Source of the DNA: an uncultured Clostridia bacterium
GTDB taxonomy: Bacteria > Bacillota > Clostridia > Oscillospirales > CAG-272
Length of the DNA: 51,316 bases
Reading direction: 5' to 3'
Assembly: GCA_944384545.1 (NCBI GenBank)
Contig: CALWTT010000016.1
Span: 1 to 51,316, forward strand
Shown piece by piece: positions 1 to 6,842 of the stretch. The translations under genes and the position numbers were made by a program. Under the pieces are notes generated by a model, which worked only from the letters and a program-made list of their open reading frames with translations, was not told where the DNA came from and ran no database searches. Position 1 is the first letter of the stretch, and every line of letters starts with the position of its first letter.

Positions 1-27
1 GGATTTCTTTGCGCATCGGGTGCTCCC

Positions 28-234
28 TTATGGCAGGCAATGCCCTGCCGCGCGATAGATTGCATACCATTCCGCACGCGTAAGAGTCACATCCGCATGA
101 TCAAAGTAGCAGATCCCGCTTTCCATGGCAGCGTACATGATGGCATCTACGCCATGTTCGTCCAGTCCGCCCATCCGCATACAGCCGAGTGCTACTGCCG
201 ACACATGGTTATTTCCGATCCTGACGGTTTTCAT
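28..234 (-). pseudogene. Internally deleted aldo/keto reductase remnant (YdhF-like), 68 codons
   Basis: Lies inside ORF 28..486(-). From Met85 (ATG at 234..232, with GGAAGAAGGA just upstream) the product reads MKTVRIGNNHVSAVALGCMRMGG...GICYFDHADV, an AKR N-terminus. This is joined in frame directly to TLTRAEWYAIYRAAGHCLP, a typical AKR C-terminal end. The roughly 230 central residues of a normal AKR are absent. Confidence 0.6.
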
Positions 235-331
235 AATCCTTCTTCCTTTCGTTCGCAGAAAATTCCGTGCTTTACCGGTTCCGTTTTTAAGATATTCCCT
301 GCCTGCCCGGATAAATTCCCCTACGGCTCTC

Positions 332-360
332 TTGACATTCAATACAACGCATGGTATAAT
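332..360 (+). promoter_or_regulatory. Consensus sigma-A-type promoter upstream of the tandem-GNAT leader
   Basis: TTGACA (332..337), 17-nt spacer, TATAAT (355..360), preceded by TGG (extended -10). It lies about 170 nt upstream of ATG 528. Confidence 0.7.
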
Positions 361-466
361 TCTACATACAAGTTTATACATACGGTCATCGGAGGACAGT
401 ACACCACAGTGTAGGGGATCGTAAGCGTTTGCTTGCAGGCCGTCTGTCAGATAAGATGTCGAGTGC

Positions 467-510
467 GCTCGGATTATTGCACGCATGCAATATCCGGGCC
501 TTTTTGTTTT
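467..510 (+). terminator. Intrinsic-terminator-like hairpin inside the GNAT 5' leader
   Basis: GCTCGGAT-T-ATTGCA / CGCA loop / TGCAAT-ATCCGGGC (one G.U pair, one bulge), followed by CTTTTTGTTTT (500..510). It ends 3 nt before the AGAGGAG Shine-Dalgarno sequence of the GNAT gene. Confidence 0.55.
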
Positions 511-527
511 ACAGAGGAGATTAAACT

Positions 528-1652
528 ATGTGCTTACAGTTGATGCCGATTGCCGAATCCGACCGGGAACAGTATATAAAAGATATGCAGGAGGCCTTCC
601 TGCTCGGTGCGATGGAAGGCGGGTTCCCGCCGGACACCCGGGAGATCCTGCCCGAATCCGATATCGACCGCTCCCTCAACGCATGCGGAGCGGTTGCCTA
701 TAAGGCAATGCTGAACGGCGAAATGGTTGGCGGGGCCATTCTTGTGCTGGACCGCAAAAAGCGCTACGGGCATCTCGATTTCCTATATGTAAAGCATGCC
801 TTCCAGAACCGCGGCATCGGTGCATTCCTATGGTTTACCATCGAAAGACTGCATCCCGATATCCGCGTGTGGGAGACCTGCACGCCCTGCTTTGAAAAGC
901 GGAATCTGCACTTTTACGTGAATGTCTGCCATTTCCATGTGACCGACTATTGGAATGCACGCCATCCGGATCCGGGCGCTCCTCTCCGCACGGCAGAGAA
1001 CGGTCAGGAAGCCGCGGACGACATGTTTGGCTTCCGCAAGGAAATCCGGGCGCAGGACAGAAAAATCCCGACACCTGTATACTTAGAGACGGAGCGGCTG
1101 GTGATCCGTATGTATAGAGAAAAGGATTTCCCCGCGTACTATCGCCTGATTGCCAATCCGAGAGTGAACTGCTTCCGCAATCCGGAATGCGGAAGCATGG
1201 AGGAGGTCCGGCGGGAGTTTATGGAAAAAATCCGCAGCAGCGATGCCTCCGAGCTCGCCGTCGTGCAAAAAAGCACCGATACATTCATGGGCCTTTTGTT
1301 CGGCGGATATGAGGAGAATGAAGATACATTCGGCGTCGGCTGGAATTTCCTGCCCGAATACGGGAAAAAGGGATACGCATACGAGGCGGCAAAGGCCTAC
1401 TTCTCTTTCCTTTTCAACGAGCTTGCCATTCGGCGGATCACCGCTTTTACGGAGGACGATAACCTCCCCTCCCAAAGGTTATGTGAAAAGCTCGGCATGC
1501 GCCGGGAAGGACTTTTCCGCGAGTTCATTTCGTTTGTAAACAATCCCGACGGCTCGCCGCATTATGAAAACACCTATACCTGGGCCATTCTCAAAAAGGA
1601 ATGGGAAAAGCAATTCCTTCCTGACGAAGGACTGCCCTCTCCGATTGCATAG
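528..1652 (+). CDS. Two-domain GNAT N-acetyltransferase (tandem GNAT fusion)
   Basis: 374-aa ORF with ATG at 528 and AGAGGAG 8 nt upstream. The N half has a GNAT core (VGGAILV...LDFLYVKHAFQNRGIGAFL). The C half is RimJ/RimL-like (ETERLVIRMY, GKKGYAYEAAKAY, NLPSQRLCEKLGMRREG). Confidence 0.8.
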   Translation: MCLQLMPIAESDREQYIKDMQEAFLLGAMEGGFPPDTREILPESDIDRSLNACGAVAYKAMLNGEMVGGAILVLDRKKRYGHLDFLYVKHAFQNRGIGAFLWFTIERLHPDIRVWETCTPCFEKRNLHFYVNVCHFHVTDYWNARHPDPGAPLRTAENGQEAADDMFGFRKEIRAQDRKIPTPVYLETERLVIRMYREKDFPAYYRLIANPRVNCFRNPECGSMEEVRREFMEKIRSSDASELAVVQKSTDTFMGLLFGGYEENEDTFGVGWNFLPEYGKKGYAYEAAKAYFSFLFNELAIRRITAFTEDDNLPSQRLCEKLGMRREGLFREFISFVNNPDGSPHYENTYTWAILKKEWEKQFLPDEGLPSPIA

Positions 1653-1691
1653 GAAGCATGCGTACACAAGCAGGTCGACATGCATGCTTCC
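1652..1691. terminator. 10-bp hairpin between convergent GNAT and nitroreductase genes
   Basis: GGAAGCATGC (1652..1661) pairs with GCATGCTTCC (1682..1691) around a 20-nt loop. There is no clear U-tract on either side. Confidence 0.4.
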
Positions 1692-1715
1692 CGTCTCTGC
1701 CAACGAGACTATCGC

Positions 1716-2243
1716 CTACTTCTTCTCCCCGCAGACATAATACACGCGGCCGGCTTTGACTTCACTTCTTGCCTTGCCTTCCTTCTCATACCCGAGAATA
1801 CAGAAGCCGATGCCTTCGACCTCCTCGTCCACTCCCCATGTATGCAGAAGGCGCTTTCCCTCCTCGCTCTCAAATACTTCTTTCGCACGGTGAATCCAGC
1901 AGCAACCGATCCCCAAGGACCATGCCGCATTCAGAAGATTCCCCATTGCCAGACTTCCGTCATACAGGTAGGTACCTTCCTTCTTTGAAAGGACGATGAT
2001 CAGATCCCGCGCCCCGTAAAACGGATCACCGGTGCTCCCCAGCACCGCCGCATTCATGGCAGACAGCTTTTTTACCGTCGCGTCGTCACTCACCACCACA
2101 AGACGCGGCGTTTGCCTGTTCATGCCCGACGGTGCGTGCAAGCCCGCCTCTACGATCTGATCCAGTTCCGCTTTGCTCACATGCCGGTCCTCATAGCTCC
2201 TTGTGCTTCTCCGCTCTGTCAGTGTCCGTATGGTTTCGTTCAT
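1716..2243 (-). CDS. Nitroreductase family protein
   Basis: 175 aa. The N-terminal TERRSTRSY...LHAPSGMNRQ signature and the protein size are typical of FMN nitroreductases. Confidence 0.85.
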   Translation of the reverse strand: MNETIRTLTERRSTRSYEDRHVSKAELDQIVEAGLHAPSGMNRQTPRLVVVSDDATVKKLSAMNAAVLGSTGDPFYGARDLIIVLSKKEGTYLYDGSLAMGNLLNAAWSLGIGCCWIHRAKEVFESEEGKRLLHTWGVDEEVEGIGFCILGYEKEGKARSEVKAGRVYYVCGEKK

Positions 2244-2347
2244 CTTTCTCTTCCTTTCTTCTTCCCTTTATTTTCCCTGTATGTTTTCCCTTTTTCGTTG
2301 CCGCTTCGTTATTCTCTGCTTCCTGTCCTGCACCCCTTGTCTGCCTG

Positions 2348-3217
2348 TCAGTGGCCGGGCAGCATCAGCATGGTTCCCCCCACGATCAGCATCAGCCCCG
2401 CAACCGAGCTCTTTGTCAATTTTTCCCCGAATACCAAAGAAGAAACCAGTACCGTAACCACAATGCTCAGCTTGTCTATCGGCACTACTACGCTTGCCGG
2501 TCCGTCCTGCAGCGCCTTATAGTAGCACAGCCACGACGCACCTGTTGCCAGACCGGAAAGGCCGATGAATCCAAGCTCTTTTCTCCCGATTCCGTGCAGT
2601 TCCTTTTGCTTGCCGGTCACAAGCACCATCATCCATGCCATGATCAAAACCACACCGGTGCGTATGGCCGTTCCCAGATTCGATTCCACATCCGAGATCC
2701 CTATCTTCCCGAGAATCGCAGTAAGACTTGCAAACAGCGCAGAGCCCGCCGCATACACAAACCAACCCCGGCCTTCTGCTTTTTCTTCCGAATGCTCCGT
2801 GTCCTTTTTCTCCAGCATCAGAAGCGTTCCGACCGCAATCAGGACAATGCCCGCCAGCCCGAACCAGGTGAATTCCGAAAAAAAGATGGCCGCAAGAATA
2901 AATGTCAGAACGGTGCTGGATTTATCGACCGGAACCACCCGATGGATATCCCCCAGCTGCAACGCTTTAAAGTAGCACAGCCAGGATCCTCCCGTCGCAA
3001 GACCCGAAAGAATCAGAAACAGAAAACTTCTGCCGTCGGTTTCCGGAAGTGTGCTCTGCGAGCCCACGATCAGAACCATCGCCCACGCAAAGACAAGCAC
3101 GATCCCGGTCCGTATGGCCGTCGCTACTGTTGCGTCGGTCTTCCGGATGCCGCATTTTGCCAGAACCGAAGTCACCCCGGCAAACACGGCCGAAAGAAAT
3201 GCATACGCAATCCACAT
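2348..3217 (-). CDS. EamA/DMT-family (GRP-like) membrane transporter
   Basis: 289 aa and very hydrophobic, with two EamA-like halves (AVFAGVTSVLAKCGIRK... and SALFASLTAILGKIGISD...). The start lies 17 nt after the PAS gene stop. Confidence 0.85.
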   Translation of the reverse strand: MWIAYAFLSAVFAGVTSVLAKCGIRKTDATVATAIRTGIVLVFAWAMVLIVGSQSTLPETDGRSFLFLILSGLATGGSWLCYFKALQLGDIHRVVPVDKSSTVLTFILAAIFFSEFTWFGLAGIVLIAVGTLLMLEKKDTEHSEEKAEGRGWFVYAAGSALFASLTAILGKIGISDVESNLGTAIRTGVVLIMAWMMVLVTGKQKELHGIGRKELGFIGLSGLATGASWLCYYKALQDGPASVVVPIDKLSIVVTVLVSSLVFGEKLTKSSVAGLMLIVGGTMLMLPGH

Positions 3218-3234
3218 GCTCTCTCTCCCGGTCC

Positions 3235-3618
3235 TTATACCAGCGATTGAGAATAATCGTATCTTTCCGCGGTTTCGGCATTCCGGTATTCGTGCTTTTC
3301 ATAATAGCCGATCAGCGCCCCATCTCTGTCCCGCAGGGCCACCATGTAGATATCCTTGTTCTGCTTTTCATTTTTTCCCGTATACAGCATATTGTTCTGC
3401 CGGTCCGCGGCAAACCACGCAAGCACCTGACGGATCTTCTGACACGATTCCTCATTATGGCAGGAAAGAAGCGACCGCCCGAGCAAAGATCCCCCACCGT
3501 ATTTTGCATAGTTTTTCTCCGCTGCCGGGTTCATGTATACAATAGTGTGCTCCAGGTCGCACAGAACAACCGCAGAGCGATCCTGCTCCAGCACGCTTCT
3601 CATCATTTCTTCTATCAT
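3235..3618 (-). CDS. Stand-alone PAS-domain protein (127 aa)
   Basis: Starts at an internal Met of ORF 3235..4008 (MIEEMMRSVLEQDRSAVVLCDLEHTIVYMNPAAEKNY...GRSLLSCHNEES...) and shows a PAS-fold sequence pattern. Its ATG overlaps the upstream EamA stop as ATGA (3615..3618). Confidence 0.7.
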   Translation of the reverse strand: MIEEMMRSVLEQDRSAVVLCDLEHTIVYMNPAAEKNYAKYGGGSLLGRSLLSCHNEESCQKIRQVLAWFAADRQNNMLYTGKNEKQNKDIYMVALRDRDGALIGYYEKHEYRNAETAERYDYSQSLV

Positions 3619-4565
3619 AACGGCTCTCCTTTCCCGTCTGCTGCCACGCCTTCCTGTCCGGCCGGTTCCGGCGCACCCTTCTCTTCCACCGATGCCATGG
3701 TATCCCATATCATGACGGCGGTCGCCACCGCCATGACCGCAAGACCAATGTAAAACCGGATTTCCGGCCTCTCCCGCAGAATGACAAAACTGAATCCTAC
3801 CCCCAAAAACGGGGCAAGCGAATAAAAGGCACTGGTCTTGGCCGCCCCGAGCCAGTACTGTGCCATAATATAAAAACGGATACTGAGTCCGTAAGCGACA
3901 AATCCCAGCAGCATCGCCGAAAGCAGGAATGTCGCTGCCGGCAGCTTTTCCCCGAGCAGCCCTGCCACGGCAATCCCGCCCATGCCGGAAAAAATGCCTT
4001 TGATCCACACAATCTGCTCCGGATCCTTATCGCTGATGCGCCGCGTGCAATTGTTTTCCAACCCCCAACACAGACAGGCGCCTATGACACACAGCGAGCC
4101 GCGGTTAAAAACCAGGACCTCCCCCGCCTCTGTCCCGAGAATCATGCTGGCTGTCACTACCAGAAAAACCGCGCACCACAGCCGTCCCGATATCTTCTCA
4201 CGGAAGACAGCAACCGCTATACCTGCGGTCGCAACAATCTCAAAATTGTTCAGCAGCGATACATTGGCCGCCGTGGTATTGGCCACACCGAACAGCAACA
4301 GAATCGGCGCCGCTATGTCCAGCACGACCATCGCCACTGTATACGGCAGGTCCCGCTTTCCCAGCGAAGGAGCACTCCCACCTTTACCGCAAAGCTTGCG
4401 GACAAGCATCATACCCCCCATGCCTGTACCCGCCCCCAGATATAAAAATCCGGCCAGCATGGCAGGCGAGATTCCCTGCATCAGAATTTTGGACAGCGGT
4501 ACATGGACAGCGTACAGAGTCGCCGCCAGAATCGCAAAAAGCACCGCCGTTCTCTTTTTTTCCAT
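3615..4565 (-). CDS. EamA/DMT-family membrane transporter
   Basis: 316 aa counted from MEKKRTAVLFAILAATLYAVHVPLSKIL, with about 10 hydrophobic segments and an EamA repeat organisation. The start was chosen at Met8 of ORF 3615..4586. Confidence 0.85.
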   Translation of the reverse strand: MEKKRTAVLFAILAATLYAVHVPLSKILMQGISPAMLAGFLYLGAGTGMGGMMLVRKLCGKGGSAPSLGKRDLPYTVAMVVLDIAAPILLLFGVANTTAANVSLLNNFEIVATAGIAVAVFREKISGRLWCAVFLVVTASMILGTEAGEVLVFNRGSLCVIGACLCWGLENNCTRRISDKDPEQIVWIKGIFSGMGGIAVAGLLGEKLPAATFLLSAMLLGFVAYGLSIRFYIMAQYWLGAAKTSAFYSLAPFLGVGFSFVILRERPEIRFYIGLAVMAVATAVMIWDTMASVEEKGAPEPAGQEGVAADGKGEPL

Positions 4566-4631
4566 ACTACTCCCACCGACTCCCAACCTACATGCACCGG
4601 GGGCATCTCCGCGTTCTTTTTTTCACCATTC

Positions 4632-5360
4632 CTATGATTTTCCGTCCTGTCCCGTTTCCGGTCCGTACTGCCAGCCATGCTCCCCATGATAGATCATCTG
4701 CCGCGTCATACCGCCGTCCATACAGAGATTTTCCCCCGTGATAAAGCCTGCTTTATCCGATGCCAGAAACAGAACTGCATTGGCAACATCCATGGGATTC
4801 CCCACGCGCCCCACAGGTTGCTGCGCGGCGTCCGGGCCTGTATACTCCCGGAAATCCGTATCCATCCAACCGGGAGACACCGAATTGACGCGCACACGGC
4901 CCGCAAAGGATACCGCCAATGCATGCGTCAGGGCGGAAAGGCCTCCTTTGGCCGCCGCGTAGCTTTCACTCTGCGCCTGACTCATCCGGTCGCGGGTAGA
5001 AGATATATTGATCACCGATGCTCCCTCAGAAAAATACGCAGAAAAAAGTTTGCACAAATAAAATGCCGCCGTCACGCCCACCTGCAAAGCATAACTGAAC
5101 TCCGCATAAGAGCAGGTATCCAGCCCCAGCATGGGCGGCGGCGCGTTGTTCACCAGTACATCCACATGGCCATGCTCCGAAATCACGCGATTCGCAAATG
5201 CGCGCAACACTGCCTCATTTCCGACATCCCCGGTATATCCTTCATTTTCCTGTATATCTATCACACATACAATGGCGCCCGCTTTCCGGAATTCCTCCGC
5301 TATGCACCGCCCGATCCCACCGGCTCCGCCGGTAATGACTACAACCTTGCTGTGAAACAT
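4632..5360 (-). CDS. Short-chain dehydrogenase/reductase (SDR) family oxidoreductase
   Basis: 242 aa counted from MFHSKVVVITGGAGGIGR (TGxxxGxG). Also carries NNAP and the S...YxxxK motif (SESYAAAKGG). Confidence 0.9.
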   Translation of the reverse strand: MFHSKVVVITGGAGGIGRCIAEEFRKAGAIVCVIDIQENEGYTGDVGNEAVLRAFANRVISEHGHVDVLVNNAPPPMLGLDTCSYAEFSYALQVGVTAAFYLCKLFSAYFSEGASVINISSTRDRMSQAQSESYAAAKGGLSALTHALAVSFAGRVRVNSVSPGWMDTDFREYTGPDAAQQPVGRVGNPMDVANAVLFLASDKAGFITGENLCMDGGMTRQMIYHGEHGWQYGPETGQDGKS

Positions 5361-5424
5361 TCTCTTTCTGCCCCTGCTCTTTTCCGCTTGTTTTCTTTTT
5401 CCGTTGTTTGGACATGGCACGGCT

Positions 5425-5991
5425 TTATTCCCGCACTCCCAGCCGTGCCAGCAGCTTCTGCCCGTTTTCCCGCAGCCAGTTCTTCCGAACCCGGTACTCC
5501 GGGCAATACCGCTCCACCATTTCCCAGAAGGCACGCGAATGATTCATATGTCTGCGGTGGCACAGTTCGTGGACAACCACATATTCCGCCACCGCCTCGG
5601 GACATAACGCCAGCAAACAATGGAAACTCAGATTCCCCTTTACTGAGCAGCTGCCCCATCGGGTCTTCTGGCACCGCACCGTAACACGGCCATACGTCAC
5701 GCCCAGCATCTGTGCGCAGGCCTCCACCTTCGGCAGGATCCATGCAAGCGTACGCTTTTTATATGCAGCAAGCTCCTCTGCGGTGAATACCACGGTGTTT
5801 TTCGCCTCGGCGGCCTCCTCGCGCATGCGTTCCAGGTGCTTTTCCATCCACGGGCGCTTCTGCGCAAGAAACGCCCGGATTTCCGCATCCGGCATTCGCA
5901 GTGGGGCGCGTACAATGATTTGCATGCCCGGTGTGATCTCCAACGCAACGGTTCTGCGCGCGGTGCGCAGAATGCGGATCGGCTCTTCCAT
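5425..5991 (-). CDS. YgjP-like (DUF45/M48-related) zinc metallopeptidase
   Basis: 188 aa counted from MEEPIRILRTARRTVALEI. Has an HExxH motif in VVHELCHRRHMNHS and RWGSCS upstream of it. This layout is typical of the YgjP/SprT-like family. Confidence 0.8.
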   Translation of the reverse strand: MEEPIRILRTARRTVALEITPGMQIIVRAPLRMPDAEIRAFLAQKRPWMEKHLERMREEAAEAKNTVVFTAEELAAYKKRTLAWILPKVEACAQMLGVTYGRVTVRCQKTRWGSCSVKGNLSFHCLLALCPEAVAEYVVVHELCHRRHMNHSRAFWEMVERYCPEYRVRKNWLRENGQKLLARLGVRE

Positions 5992-6070
5992 AGGTTCTTT
6001 TCCCTTCTTTTCTGCTCCGCCCTGTGTCTTGATCGGTTGGTCCGCTTTGCTTCCACGGACCGCCCCTCCG

Positions 6071-6625
6071 TCATTTGTCCCGGAGGATGCGGCGATAATA
6101 CAGGTAGCTGACACCAGCCATCAAAACAAAGAGATATACCGTCGACAGCAAAATTCCGGCAAAGGCAGACCCCGTGACACCGTAAAAACCTGCACTGCTG
6201 ATATAATACTTTTCAAGAAAGGTCACGCTGTCATCCAGTACCAATCCGAACAGGCCAAAGAATATCGCAAGCGGCAGCTGAAATACCGCGTACACGCCGG
6301 CCTTCCAGAACAGATCCACCACAAAATGCTTGTAGAAATACTGCATCGGGGAAAAATTCTCTTCCTTGTCTGCCGTTCGGATGGCACGCTGCATATCCGA
6401 ATCGGACATCTGCCAGAAGCGTATGAAGACCAGCACGGCGACCGCCCAATAGATGCATTGGAACAGCAGCACATACCCATACGCGCCCGCTATGTTCTCG
6501 TCCAGGTCGTACATCGCCTTCACCGTACCGCTCAGCAAAAAAGAGTATAGGATAAATCCAGCCAGATGAAACACAAGGAGCGCGAACAGCCAATGGATGA
6601 TTTTGCGGAAAGTACTCGGTTTCAT
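6071..6625 (-). CDS. Hypothetical integral membrane protein
   Basis: ORF 6071..6640 has 4-5 hydrophobic segments and no family I recognise. The start is either ATG 6640 or ATG 6625 (MKPSTF); the latter has GAGG 9 nt upstream. Confidence 0.55.
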   Translation of the reverse strand: MKPSTFRKIIHWLFALLVFHLAGFILYSFLLSGTVKAMYDLDENIAGAYGYVLLFQCIYWAVAVLVFIRFWQMSDSDMQRAIRTADKEENFSPMQYFYKHFVVDLFWKAGVYAVFQLPLAIFFGLFGLVLDDSVTFLEKYYISSAGFYGVTGSAFAGILLSTVYLFVLMAGVSYLYYRRILRDK

Positions 6626-6761
6626 ATTATATTGCCTCATTTCCTCAACAGTTCCGTTTTTACGGTGGAGTTCCCTGTGTCGAAAAACATGACATACGGG
6701 TACCTTGTTTCCTGAAAATTTCGTTTACCGGTCCGGAAACGAGCCGATATCTCCGCTCCGG

Positions 6762-6817
6762 AAAACGCAAATTGCAAACGGCATCGGGGCAAGACACACC
6801 GTGTCCTCCCCGGTGCC
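6762..6817 (-). terminator. Putative terminator after the EF-G paralog
   Basis: A long imperfect hairpin at 6780..6817 (GGCACCGGGGAGGACAC/GTGTCTTGCCCCGATGCC on the minus strand) is followed by GTTTGCAATTTGCGTTTT. Confidence 0.45.
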
Positions 6818-6842
6818 GTTTCCTGGAACGGGTTTTCAGAAC

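Noticed and set aside
1-16. An apparent start of a leftward gene. The minus strand reads AAGGGAGCACCCG-ATG-CGC-AAA-GAA-ATC with the ATG at 16..14.
   Set aside because: Only five codons lie inside the window, which is too little to call a feature.
28-486. The full 152-aa ORF, considered as the gene at the left end.
   Set aside because: Only the last 68 codons resemble a protein family (AKR). The upstream 84 codons overlap the divergent promoter and leader region and have no SD at 486.
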